DNA of 64,000 nt from Vulcanimicrobiota bacterium. GTDB lineage: Bacteria > Vulcanimicrobiota > Xenobia > Xenobiales > JADMJV01. The stretch spans positions 192,001 to 256,000 of the forward strand of contig JBFWNU010000008.1 of NCBI GenBank assembly GCA_050250895.1, in the 5' to 3' direction. Made by a program: the position numbers and the translations under genes. Position 1 is the first letter of the stretch, and every line of letters begins with the position of its first letter. The notes under the pieces are model-generated. The model was not told where the DNA came from. It was given only the letters and a program-made list of their open reading frames with translations, and made no database searches. Positions 22,369 through 32,171 of the stretch are shown here, in pieces.

Positions 22369-23664
22369 TTAGACCCAGTAGCGAATCGCGAAAAGGACCC
22401 GAAAATAGTCATCCGGGACCGTCAGTCCCACCACTAGCGGATAATATAGGGCCGTGCTAACCAGCACCCCCACCCCAAAACAACAGGCCGAGACCCGGCC
22501 TGTTTTTGTTTCGGCCCAATCGTCCAGACTCTGGGCAGCAGCCAGGGCCATGAACGGTATGGTCACCACCATGTAATAGAGGAAGCCTCCAGTGGTGGAG
22601 ACGATCCAGAATCCCCAATTGGCGAGATAGTTGAGGCCGGCCACGCTCTGGCGGGGCTCCCACTCGTGCCAGAACCGCCGACTCTGTTCGACCAGAAAGA
22701 GCAGTGCGCCCCACCAGAAGACCACCGAGCCCATGGCCACGATGCCGTTGACGTGGCCGTCTTTCTCGTCATAGAGCAGCCACACCGGCCGGAGCATCAA
22801 AGGCCACTCGTACATCTGGCTCTTGTAGCGATGGGTGAACTCTTGCTCGTTGTAGCGAAAGCGCACCATGCGGTCGGCCTGGCCCCGAATCTTCGTCACC
22901 GCCGCCAGGCTGTACCCCTCGCGCTGAAAATGGTGGTAGTAGCTGCCCAGGAACACCAGCGGAATCACCACGGCAAAGACCAGAGCCAGCCAGTAGGCCG
23001 GCCTGGCGGCGTTGGCCCTGGGTTCCTCGTCAAGGTCCAGGCCATCGTAGCGCCGCCACACCCAGACCGTGACCAATCCACCTACGGCGGCGAACAGGCC
23101 ACTCCATTTGCAGGCGGCGGCCAACCCAAAGGTCGTGGCCGCCAGCACGGCCTGGAGGGGGCTGGGTTCTTCGGCATAGCGCAAGCAATGGCACAGGCCG
23201 AGCAAGCAGAAGAACGACAGAGGCATGTCCAGCATGGCGATGCGGCTCTCGGCGATGTGCAAAAGGTCGGTGGCCATGAGCAAAGAGGCGATGACGGCCA
23301 CGCGCGTCGAGCCCCGACCCACACGAAAGGCCAGCCAGTAGAGTAAGGGAATGCAGGCCGTTCCCATGACCAGGCAGGTGAGACGCCACCCGCAGGGTTC
23401 GCTGACAGGGACGCCCTGGCTGCGTAGCCGATCGGCAGTCACCATCCCAAGACCGATCAGCAGCTTGCCCAGGGGCGGGTGGACCGAATTCGGGTCTGGC
23501 TCGTTTTGCAGCAACTCTCTGGCCGCCCGGGCATAGTAGATCTCGTCAAAGTAGGCACGGTCGGGAAAAGAGATATTGTAGGCCCTCAGGGCCAGGCCCA
23601 GAAGGGTGATAGCGACCAGCCAGAGCCAATCCTGGCGGCGGAAATCTACTGGCGGGGCTTGCAC
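22369..23664 (-). CDS. Dolichyl/polyprenyl-phosphate-mannose--protein mannosyltransferase family (GT-C, PMT-like)
   Basis: YFDEIYY, HPPLGKLLI, SRIAMLD, ACKWSG, H.Y.S...WP...RPV, FLYY motifs; many TM helices. Confidence 0.88.
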   Translation of the reverse strand: MQAPPVDFRRQDWLWLVAITLLGLALRAYNISFPDRAYFDEIYYARAARELLQNEPDPNSVHPPLGKLLIGLGMVTADRLRSQGVPVSEPCGWRLTCLVMGTACIPLLYWLAFRVGRGSTRVAVIASLLMATDLLHIAESRIAMLDMPLSFFCLLGLCHCLRYAEEPSPLQAVLAATTFGLAAACKWSGLFAAVGGLVTVWVWRRYDGLDLDEEPRANAARPAYWLALVFAVVIPLVFLGSYYHHFQREGYSLAAVTKIRGQADRMVRFRYNEQEFTHRYKSQMYEWPLMLRPVWLLYDEKDGHVNGIVAMGSVVFWWGALLFLVEQSRRFWHEWEPRQSVAGLNYLANWGFWIVSTTGGFLYYMVVTIPFMALAAAQSLDDWAETKTGRVSACCFGVGVLVSTALYYPLVVGLTVPDDYFRVLFAIRYWV

Positions 23665-23677
23665 GGCGGTGTGTTCT

Positions 23678-25291
23678 TTAGGGTTGTGAGCGTTCCTTTC
23701 GGGTCGGCCGGGATACCCACATATTGGCCTGGCGCTCGTATTCTAGTCCGGCCCCTCGCAGGGGGGCGAGCAGTTCCTCGGCTCGGCTGTCGGGAATCAC
23801 CATGACCGTCGGTGGGCGGTCGGGCAAAGGCGGCTCCATGGGCGGGTAGGGCCCGGCGCGCCGCTCGCCAAGCACGTTGCTGGTGACGCTCTGGCAGTAA
23901 GGAAAGTAGCTCGAATCGCGACGGAAGACCGGGTGGGCGAATTTGCCTCCCGTTTCTTCACCATAATAGAACTGGTCGGGTCCCACCCTGGCCAGGCTGC
24001 TGCGCGAGGCTCCCAGCAGGTCGGTTAGACCGGTGGGCGGCTCGGCTGCCCAGGCTAACAGGTGGGTGGCCGATAGGAGCAACAGGCAGACCACGACCGC
24101 TCGCCGGCCCAAATCCGGGTCGCTTTGCCTGAGGCGTCCCACGGCCACGGCTCCCAACAGGGCCAGCAGCCAGAACAAATACATACAGTAATAGCCGTAA
24201 CCCACCCGAAAGTGGATGGTGTACCAGAACATCGTGGCCACCGCTCCCGGCAGGTAGAGATTCTGGCGAACTCCGAGCAGATAGCCAAGGCCGAGCAGGG
24301 CCCACAGGTAGAAGAGCGGATTGTTCGTGAGTTCGTGCCCGAACATCCAGGCGGTATGGGTCTGGGTCCAGGCCAACTCGTTGCCGTGCGACGTGTCGAC
24401 GTAGCTCGCCGCGTAGCGATGAGACCAGTACCAATAGTCGCCGACGATGCCTCGCGCGGCCGCATAGAGCAGATTGAACGGGCTGGCCAGCAGGCAGGCG
24501 CCGGCAAAGCGCACGAGAGTGCCCAGCGGCAGGCCCGCTATCACCCCCCCCATGCCGACGGCGAAACCGAAAAAGACGGCCTTCTGAGAGCAGGCATAGC
24601 CGAGGCCGACGGCCAGCCCGGCCAGCCACGGTCGCTCTTTCACCAGCAGATAGAGAGCGGCCAGGCAGGCCAGGGTGGCCGGCGGGTCCGGCCTGAATTC
24701 GCCGGTGGTAGACATCAAGGTAGGGCAACACAACGGCAGGATGAGAGCGCCCCAGCGGTCCCCTCCGAAGTGCTCGACCAGTTGGACCGACAACCAGAGT
24801 CCCCCGACCAGGCAGGCCAGCATGCCCAGTTTGGCCAGCAAGACCAGCACCTGAACGTTGTCGCCGCTCAGCCAGAAGACCGGCCGCAACAGCAACAACG
24901 GTAGCAGTTGCCAGGGGTGCCAATAGTCGATGGTGGGGGTCAGGCCGTCGTAGTCGAGCCAGGCCGAGTGCAGGTGCATCAGTTCATCGGTGTCGAGGCT
25001 GTTGAAGATGCGATCCAGGGCCGCCCACCACAGGGCCAACACGGCAGGCAGCAGGATCCAGTCGCGAATCTCCTGGCGCCTGACCAGCAGAGCGACGGGA
25101 ATGCACCCGATCACCACCAGCCCTAGCCCGAGGCGAATCCAAGCAACTCCACCGTGGTCTTCGGCCTGCAACAGGGCGATGGATAGGGGGTCGGAGGCGG
25201 CTCGCCAGAACCAGATTCCGGTGGCGGCAGTCATCAGACCTATAAGCCACGGAGTAGCGCCGAATCCGGTAGATTCCGTCTCTTGGCTCAT
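23678..25291 (-). CDS. GT-C fold polytopic membrane glycosyltransferase (ArnT-like)
   Basis: DTDELMHLH loop after the first TM segments, EFRPD, SQKA; about 12 TM segments. Confidence 0.65.
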   Translation of the reverse strand: MSQETESTGFGATPWLIGLMTAATGIWFWRAASDPLSIALLQAEDHGGVAWIRLGLGLVVIGCIPVALLVRRQEIRDWILLPAVLALWWAALDRIFNSLDTDELMHLHSAWLDYDGLTPTIDYWHPWQLLPLLLLRPVFWLSGDNVQVLVLLAKLGMLACLVGGLWLSVQLVEHFGGDRWGALILPLCCPTLMSTTGEFRPDPPATLACLAALYLLVKERPWLAGLAVGLGYACSQKAVFFGFAVGMGGVIAGLPLGTLVRFAGACLLASPFNLLYAAARGIVGDYWYWSHRYAASYVDTSHGNELAWTQTHTAWMFGHELTNNPLFYLWALLGLGYLLGVRQNLYLPGAVATMFWYTIHFRVGYGYYCMYLFWLLALLGAVAVGRLRQSDPDLGRRAVVVCLLLLSATHLLAWAAEPPTGLTDLLGASRSSLARVGPDQFYYGEETGGKFAHPVFRRDSSYFPYCQSVTSNVLGERRAGPYPPMEPPLPDRPPTVMVIPDSRAEELLAPLRGAGLEYERQANMWVSRPTRKERSQP

Positions 25292-25340
25292 AGGCGACTA
25301 GCTTCGCCAGTCACCCATCCACGCCTGCGGTGCTTTGCGG

Positions 25341-28300
25341 CTAGTCCTGGCGAGCTACCGAGATGTCGCCGATGATGATGGCCTCGTCTTCGACGGCCAT
25401 GGTCTTGGCGGCGTCCGAGCGACCCAGGGCGAACATTGCCGCCGCTTCTTTGAGGGCCGAGGCCATGGCTTCGGGGTTGCCCTGGCGATTCTCGACGGCT
25501 TCGATGGTGGCATCGAGCAAACGGCCGATCTGGTCTTCGTTCTGGCCCAGGCGGGTCAGGCTCTCGACCGTCGTGACCGCTTGTTCGCGAGCCTGCGGGC
25601 TACCCATTACGGTGGCCCTGAGGCGAGACTCGAGCAGCTTCAGCGTACCGGGTTTGGCCTGGACCATTTCCGCGGCCAGCCGGGCTGAAAATCCGCCCTC
25701 GACCAGCGCTCGAAAGCGGCCGTCCTGGTCTGGTTTGAGGTCGGCCAGGGCTGCCACCATCAGCTCTGGTGACACCTTCTGGTCGGTGGCCCACTGGCGC
25801 TGCTGCCGGACTCGGTCGACCGTCTGCTCGAATGGGGCGCCCGTCTTGACCAGACCGGCCACGGCCGCGTAATCGCTCGGGTCCACCGAGGCTGCGAGCC
25901 ACTGTTGGGGGTCAAAGCCCGGCAGCCGCCGGAGTTCGAGCAACCTGCTTTCGGCCTGGGCTGCCCCTCCTGCGTCCAGCAGACGGGCGAACAGTCCGAG
26001 CTCTGACGCCGGCTGGCGTAGGGCCACTTCGACCGTCCAGTGGTTGGTTTTGTCCTCGAGGTTTTCAACCACGCCCTCGAGCGGCAGACCCGACCGGACC
26101 GCCCAACGGGCCGCCTCGGCAGGCAGGCCCGCGGCTAGCGTCTGTTCGAGTCTGGGGCCGGCCGTGTCCGAAGCGAGCCACTCTTTGTCGGCCCATTCCA
26201 GGGCTTTGTCGGGGTCGAGCTTGCCAGCCACCAGGGCCTGGCCCACGCTCCTGACTCGACGGGTGGCCGTTTCGTAGTCCAGGCCCCGGCGCAGGCCCGC
26301 AGCCAGCAACTCGACCAGAGCGGTCTTCACTTTATATTTGTTGACCGGATCGCCACTCTTGACCAGACCGATGTCGGTCAGACTCTGGTAGCGACGCTCG
26401 GCGGGCAGACGACTCAGAGCAGCCTCGGCCTGGAGGATTTGCTCTCCGGCCGGGTCGACGTGAAAGCCCGAGGCGAGCAGTTTCTGGTAGCATTCCAGGC
26501 CCTCGACGGGATGACTGGCCTGGGCCGTCACCCAGGCCAGCACTTTGATCTGGTCGTCGGGCTTTTCGCGAGTGCAAAGCCCCTGGATCAGCGACTTGAC
26601 GCTGGCGTTCGAGTGGCCGGCTGCGAGCAGGGCCGAGAGAGCCTTGAGCGCCTGCTCTTTGACGGCGTATTGATTGAGGGGTTCTTTGCCAGCCAGCAGG
26701 CCGGTCTGCTCGAACAGTTCGATGACGCTCTGGCTGTGCGGGCCGCGGACGGCCCGGGTGTATTCCATGGCTTTCTCGAGGGTATAGCCGTTGGCCAGCA
26801 TAGCCAGAAAGAAGTCCTGGCGTTGGGTGGTCTGGTTGAGAAACAGCGGCTCACGCAGAAAGTCGAGGGCGGTCGCGGCTTTCTCTTTGGCCAGCTTGCG
26901 CACCCGCTCGACCACGCCTGGTTGGGGCGAGGGCCCGGCCCCGGCCAGCGCTTCACAGCCCAGTTGCGTCACTTGCTGGGCGGTGTGACCGGCGGCTAGC
27001 AGGTCAGACACTCGGGCGGCCGTTTCTTCGATCTTTTCAAAGGGGATGGTCAGGGTCACCAGTGCTTCCGCCGCCTGGCGTGGGTCGGCCTCGCCGTGCA
27101 GCCCGGCCATGGCCGGTGCAGCCTGGGCGGGAGTGTAGCCCGCTCGGGTCAGTCGCTCCAGGGCGGCTTGCCGAGCCGGCGTGCCCAGCCGTGGACATTT
27201 GGGATGCTCCTGGCGGGCCAGGGCCCGGGCAACCGCCGGCTCGACTCCGTCGTTGCCGAGTTCAGCCAGAAAGAGCTTGAACAGGCTCTCTTTGGTGGCG
27301 TATTGGCGCCGGGCCTCGTCGGGAGCCGATACCAGGCCCAGTTTCTTGAAGGCTTGAACGCCCTGGGCCGAGGTCAGCCCGGCCCGAGGCGTGGCCACCA
27401 GACTCACGAACCCGTCCAGGCGGTCGCTATGAAAACCACCGTGTTTCACCAGGTCGGCCACAAAGCCGGCTGCCTCGGGGTAGCGAGCGGCCGCCTTAAG
27501 GGCCAGGTTGATTTCGTTCTGAGGCCGTTTCTCGAGGGCCTGGCCCAGGCTGTTGACCACCTCGAGGCACTCGGACTTCGGGCGGCCGGCCGCCAGCAAC
27601 TCGAGCAGGATCGTGGCTCGGGCCTCCAGCCCCTCATAGCCGTTGAAAGGCTCTTTCGAGCCTAGCAGTCCCGCCTCGGTGAAGGCCTCGACCCGTTCGG
27701 CGTGGGTCGTGTCGCCGGCCGGCAAGGCCAACAGGCGGGCAAAGTTAAGCGCCTGAGTAGCGTGATACCCGTGGTGGACCAGACTGAGGAAGAACTCGGC
27801 GCAATCGGGCTGATAGGCCAGGGCGGCCAGGTTCCAGGCCGCCGTGTTGGCTTCATCGGGACCGCGCTCGCGCGTGATCATATCCTGACCCAGGCGTTTG
27901 AAAAGGGCCACCGCCTGCTGGCCCGGCACTCCCCGCAAGACCATGCCGCGAAAGGCGTCATAGAAGGTCTTCTTGACCGAATAGTCGTTGAGGGGGGCTT
28001 TGCCGTTGAGCAACCCGATGTCGGTGTAGGCCTGAACCCGCTGGTCCAGAGCGAGATCGGCCAGCGGGTCCAACAAGCGCTTGGCCGCCGCCACCGCCGG
28101 CTCGGAGTGAAAGCCGCTGGCCCGGATCTTGGCCAGTACCTGTAGGTGCTCGGGGTGGCCGGCCAGTTGCTCTTTATAGAGCACGTCGGCCCCTTCGGGA
28201 CAGCAGTCGCCCAGGGCTTTGAGTTCGGCCACGGCTTCGCCGGGGCTGGCATGATAGGGGAGAGCGGCCTTGAGCATCTCGAGCGCCCGCTGAGGGCGGT

Positions 28301-29150
28301 TGACCGTCTTAAGGGCACGCGCTGCTTCTAGTCGTTGTTCGAAGTTGGTGCCCTCCATGGGGCGGGCCAGGATGGTGGTGGCCGAGAGCCCCCCCTCTTT
28401 GATGGCGGCCGCCACCTGAGCGGCCACTCTGGGGTCGTGGCCCTCACCCAGGGGCGAGTTCTCGGGGGTATAGCCGGTCAGGCGCGCTCCGCCTCGACCG
28501 GGGGAATCTTGCTCGAGAAGTTCGGCCAGACCCAGCAGTCTTTGGGCCGGCTCCTCCGAGCGGAGCAGCTCGAGCGAACCGACGGCAACGTAGGGGTTGG
28601 ACAGGTGCAGGCCGTGGAAGGTAACCTTGCTCTGGTTGGTGTTCCACTCGAGAAAGGCCTGGTAGGGGCTGAGGGTCGACTCTTCGCGATGGAAGAGGCA
28701 GCCGGCCGAGGCCAGCTGATGAAAGAGCAGAACTTCACTGCCAAGAGTTTCATGGGGCTGGCCGGCCAGGGCGCTGAGCAGATGGACGGCCTGAGCGCTC
28801 GGCAGCGCTCGTTTCTCGCCGTCGACCTCGACGAGCAGCTTCTGATCGCCGGCCGCCAGTCGGTCCGCCGCTTCGTGTGACGAGATTGCGTAGTCGGCGC
28901 CCACGAAAGGCAGGGGGATCAGCCGTTTGCGCGTCAGTGGAAGAGCCAGGGCGTCGAGCTGCTGCTCGAGCGTCAGACCCACCATCGAGCCCACTGCTCC
29001 CGGCAGCGAGGCCGCTGCCAGCCCGGCGGAAAGCCCTTTCAGGGGCGGCCTCGAGCCCGGCCGAAACGAATCTAGAGGCGCCGCGGCTCGGACCGGTCTG
29101 GAGCCTTGAGTGGCCGGAACATAGGCGTGATGAATGGGCCGGATCTGCAC
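25341..29150 (-). CDS. Large hypothetical alpha-helical repeat protein (1269 aa)
   Basis: Long ORF with about five internal repeats containing G[FY]H/T and GLL.GK.PLN.Y..K-like motifs. Confidence 0.8.
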   Translation of the reverse strand: MQIRPIHHAYVPATQGSRPVRAAAPLDSFRPGSRPPLKGLSAGLAAASLPGAVGSMVGLTLEQQLDALALPLTRKRLIPLPFVGADYAISSHEAADRLAAGDQKLLVEVDGEKRALPSAQAVHLLSALAGQPHETLGSEVLLFHQLASAGCLFHREESTLSPYQAFLEWNTNQSKVTFHGLHLSNPYVAVGSLELLRSEEPAQRLLGLAELLEQDSPGRGGARLTGYTPENSPLGEGHDPRVAAQVAAAIKEGGLSATTILARPMEGTNFEQRLEAARALKTVNRPQRALEMLKAALPYHASPGEAVAELKALGDCCPEGADVLYKEQLAGHPEHLQVLAKIRASGFHSEPAVAAAKRLLDPLADLALDQRVQAYTDIGLLNGKAPLNDYSVKKTFYDAFRGMVLRGVPGQQAVALFKRLGQDMITRERGPDEANTAAWNLAALAYQPDCAEFFLSLVHHGYHATQALNFARLLALPAGDTTHAERVEAFTEAGLLGSKEPFNGYEGLEARATILLELLAAGRPKSECLEVVNSLGQALEKRPQNEINLALKAAARYPEAAGFVADLVKHGGFHSDRLDGFVSLVATPRAGLTSAQGVQAFKKLGLVSAPDEARRQYATKESLFKLFLAELGNDGVEPAVARALARQEHPKCPRLGTPARQAALERLTRAGYTPAQAAPAMAGLHGEADPRQAAEALVTLTIPFEKIEETAARVSDLLAAGHTAQQVTQLGCEALAGAGPSPQPGVVERVRKLAKEKAATALDFLREPLFLNQTTQRQDFFLAMLANGYTLEKAMEYTRAVRGPHSQSVIELFEQTGLLAGKEPLNQYAVKEQALKALSALLAAGHSNASVKSLIQGLCTREKPDDQIKVLAWVTAQASHPVEGLECYQKLLASGFHVDPAGEQILQAEAALSRLPAERRYQSLTDIGLVKSGDPVNKYKVKTALVELLAAGLRRGLDYETATRRVRSVGQALVAGKLDPDKALEWADKEWLASDTAGPRLEQTLAAGLPAEAARWAVRSGLPLEGVVENLEDKTNHWTVEVALRQPASELGLFARLLDAGGAAQAESRLLELRRLPGFDPQQWLAASVDPSDYAAVAGLVKTGAPFEQTVDRVRQQRQWATDQKVSPELMVAALADLKPDQDGRFRALVEGGFSARLAAEMVQAKPGTLKLLESRLRATVMGSPQAREQAVTTVESLTRLGQNEDQIGRLLDATIEAVENRQGNPEAMASALKEAAAMFALGRSDAAKTMAVEDEAIIIGDISVARQD

Positions 29151-29272
29151 GCTTCAATTTAGCCCGAAAGGCTCAAAAAAAGCCGAAAGCCTTGCCAACT
29201 TATGGCAAAGGTTGCCATCTCTCGAAAAGGTGTTCAGGCGTTTTTTGGCCTCATTTCCTAGGCTGTCAGCAG

Positions 29273-30478
29273 ATGTCCAAGCTACCAAGATTGCTCGCTT
29301 CTCTCACCTTGTTGGCCACCGGTTGTGCCGGCAATGTCTCGACTCCCCGACCCAAGACGCCGCCGCCGGCTACCGTCGAGGTCGAGATTCCGCCTGTTCC
29401 CGGCGACACGGTCACGGTCAGCACTCCTGCGACCACGACTACGGTGCAAACCACGGTCGCGCCCACCACCACGGTGGTGACCACCTCGGTGCCGGTGGTC
29501 ATCAACCAGGGCGCCGAGGTCGGGTCGGGGGCGACCGCCAACCGTCACTCCAAAGTGACCGAGCTGGCCACGGCTACCATCTCGGCCGAGCAACTCAGCC
29601 AGCTGGCCGAGCACATGGGCATTCCCAGCAATCAGCTCACTCCGGCGGTGGTCGATTTTCTCGAATTGCACCGCCGGGGCGATGAGTCCATCAAGGACTT
29701 CTCGCTGTGGGAACGCACAGCCGAGTCGGCCGGAGCTGATGCCCTGGATCTGGTCACGGCCGTTTATCCCAATTCTCAGGTAGGCCTGCGGGCCTACTAC
29801 CACCTCACCAGGATGGATAGCTTTCTCGAGCAATGGAGTGGTGAACTGGCCGGACTGGCCCCGGGTAAGCGCGATGCAGCGGTGCGGGAGTTTACCGCTC
29901 GGGTGCTGGTGGGTGAGCAAGTCCACGGCAACCGGACCGCTCTCACGGGCGAGGGATGGACCGAGCATCTGGCCCTGGCTCCGGACCAACCCAACTGGGC
30001 AGCGGTCGTGGGGCGAGTCACCAACGTGGCCTTCTTCATGAATCGGTTCGACGATTGGGACGTGCCCGTCCCCCACGGCGAGCAAGCCGTCAAGGCGACC
30101 TTTGGCGCCCCCGGCAAGAATATCGTTTATGTCGACGTCCGGATTGGCCCGGGGGGGCAGATGCAACGGGTGGGCTTCAACCAGAAGGTGGCTCATAAGC
30201 TGGTGGCGGCCTTTGAAGAGATTGACGCCCTGGGCCTGGGCGGCGAGCTGCATTCCTTCGGCGGCAGCTTCGGGGTGCGAGCCAAGCGCACCAGTGGCGA
30301 ACTGTCGACCCACTCCTGGGGGATCGCCATCGATGTCAACTCAGCCGAATACCCGCTGGGTATCCGACCTGACCAGACCAGCTTCGGCCACCATCTTCTC
30401 GCCAACAGCTTGACGCGCTATGGCTTCGTGCAGATGCCCGAGGACGCCCATCACTTCCAGTATGCCACCGGCTACTGA
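29273..30478 (+). CDS. Lipoprotein with C-terminal M15-family (LAS) peptidoglycan peptidase domain
   Basis: Lipobox LATGC; Thr-rich linker; R...LSTHSWGIAIDVN and DAHHFQ zinc-binding motifs. Confidence 0.85.
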   Translation: MSKLPRLLASLTLLATGCAGNVSTPRPKTPPPATVEVEIPPVPGDTVTVSTPATTTTVQTTVAPTTTVVTTSVPVVINQGAEVGSGATANRHSKVTELATATISAEQLSQLAEHMGIPSNQLTPAVVDFLELHRRGDESIKDFSLWERTAESAGADALDLVTAVYPNSQVGLRAYYHLTRMDSFLEQWSGELAGLAPGKRDAAVREFTARVLVGEQVHGNRTALTGEGWTEHLALAPDQPNWAAVVGRVTNVAFFMNRFDDWDVPVPHGEQAVKATFGAPGKNIVYVDVRIGPGGQMQRVGFNQKVAHKLVAAFEEIDALGLGGELHSFGGSFGVRAKRTSGELSTHSWGIAIDVNSAEYPLGIRPDQTSFGHHLLANSLTRYGFVQMPEDAHHFQYATGY

Positions 30479-30504
30479 GCAGTTCATAAACTGGTTCCAA
30501 ATCT

Positions 30505-30557
30505 GCAATAACACGTTAACAAATTCCACGGGTCACCCACCCGCTGCTTGCTAAGTT
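30505..30557 (+). promoter_or_regulatory. Shared direct-repeat promoter box plus -10 element
   Basis: GCAATA-N5-TTAACA-aa-TTCC, then TAAGTT 30 bp after the second repeat. Confidence 0.55.
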
Positions 30558-30586
30558 GAACTCAACAAAGTAGGAGAGGTGCCCAC

Positions 30587-31753
30587 GTGAATTCCATCGT
30601 TCTAACCGTCGAAGCCCGTTGGCTGCAAGTCGACCACGAGACCCTGGCCGAGCGAGCCCAAAACCTCAAGAGCCGCGCCCAGGCAGCCGTGCACGAAGTG
30701 GTGGAACGCTACGGCCCCAAAGGAGTGCCGCTCCGCGAACTGGCCCTGGTCACTCGCCAGCTTTCAGTGATGCTACGCTCGGGGGTGCGCATCGTCCCCG
30801 CCCTGGGAAGCTGCTCGAGCGACAGTCCGCGGCTCAACGAGGCCTTGCTCGGCGTGCGCGCCGAGGTCGAGCGCGGTCAGCCCCTCGAGGCCGCCCTGGC
30901 CAGGTTTCCCGACATCTTCGGTAGGGACTATGTGGGCCTGGTCATGGCCGGAGCCGAGTCGGGCCGCCTGGTAGGCGTGCTCGAACGGCTCAGCGATCAG
31001 CTCGAGGCTCGCTACGCGCGCAGCCGCAAACTGGCCGCCGTCATCTTCTATCCGCTCTTCATTGCCCTGGTGACCCTGAGCCTGGCCGCCCTGTTCGTGG
31101 GATTCGTGCTGCCGATGCTGGTGCCCCAGTTCGAGCAGACGGGAACGGCCCTGCCCTGGAGTACCAACTTCTTGCTGCATCTGTCGTACCTGCTCAAGAG
31201 CGGCTGGTTCTGGCTGGCCGTAGTCATCGGGGCCATCGAGGCCGGACGCCGGCTGCTGCCCCTGACCCGCTGCCCCAAGGTGCGCCGGCAGGTGGGAGCC
31301 TGGCTGCTCGGCCTCCCGCTCGTGGGTGATCTCCACCGCTCCAGCCTGATGTCGGGTCTGCTCGAGTCGATGGCCTTGATGGTGGACACCGGCATGTGGG
31401 TCGACCGTGTGCTGGTGGTCTGCGCCACCTCGTGCCCCAACCCTGAAGTGGCCCAGCGGCTGGCCAGGGCTCGCAAACTGCTGTTGGAAGGAAAGGATTG
31501 GTACGATGCCCTGGGCGCCACCGGCCTCTTCACCACCGAAGAGGTAGGCCTGGTGCGGACCGGTTCTGAGGCCGGCATCCTCCCCACCAAACTGCGCTAC
31601 CTCGCTCGCATGCACGAAGACCGCCTGGAAGTGGCCCGCGAGCGTCTGTCGGCCGCGATGGGACCGGTGATGATGGCCACCATGGGCTTGCTAGCCGGAT
31701 TCGTGATGTGTGCCGCTCTGGCTCCTACGGTCACCTTGCTCAACAGCTTCTGA
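30587..31753 (+). CDS. Type II secretion system F / PilC family platform protein
   Basis: RQLSVMLRSGV, AGAESGRLVGVLERL, YP TM helix, second repeat GSEAGILP. Confidence 0.9.
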   Translation: MNSIVLTVEARWLQVDHETLAERAQNLKSRAQAAVHEVVERYGPKGVPLRELALVTRQLSVMLRSGVRIVPALGSCSSDSPRLNEALLGVRAEVERGQPLEAALARFPDIFGRDYVGLVMAGAESGRLVGVLERLSDQLEARYARSRKLAAVIFYPLFIALVTLSLAALFVGFVLPMLVPQFEQTGTALPWSTNFLLHLSYLLKSGWFWLAVVIGAIEAGRRLLPLTRCPKVRRQVGAWLLGLPLVGDLHRSSLMSGLLESMALMVDTGMWVDRVLVVCATSCPNPEVAQRLARARKLLLEGKDWYDALGATGLFTTEEVGLVRTGSEAGILPTKLRYLARMHEDRLEVARERLSAAMGPVMMATMGLLAGFVMCAALAPTVTLLNSF

Positions 31754-31787
31754 AGGTCGCATCTTGCCCGGGAGAGAAATTCAGCCG

Positions 31788-32171
31788 ATGCGGCCGAGGG
31801 GGATAAGCCTGGTGGAGACGATCGTGGCCTTCACCGTTCTCTCCACCGCTCTGCTGGTGATGCTCAATCTCTTCCTCGGTTCGCACAAAGCGGTGGCGCA
31901 CAGCGAGCGGATGCAGGCGGCCGACGCCCTGGCTCGCAGTCTGCTGCAGCAGCAGCTGGCGCTGCCCTTCGAGGCTCTCGCGCTGGGCACGCTCACCCCC
32001 GCTGCCCTCCAGCGCGCCGGAACCACCTACACCGCTGAGGTCACCATTTTCGAGGTGCCCGACACCGAGCTGGATCTGCTCAAAGGCATCCGCGTGAGGG
32101 TGATCTGGCAGGACGCCCAGGGGCAGCGCGAGACGGTGCATCAGGTCTATCGGGCCAATGTCGCCCCGTAA
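31788..32171 (+). CDS. Prepilin-type N-terminal cleavage/methylation protein (PilV/GspI-like)
   Basis: MRPRG|ISLVETIVAF class III signal followed by a hydrophobic helix. Confidence 0.8.
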   Translation: MRPRGISLVETIVAFTVLSTALLVMLNLFLGSHKAVAHSERMQAADALARSLLQQQLALPFEALALGTLTPAALQRAGTTYTAEVTIFEVPDTELDLLKGIRVRVIWQDAQGQRETVHQVYRANVAP

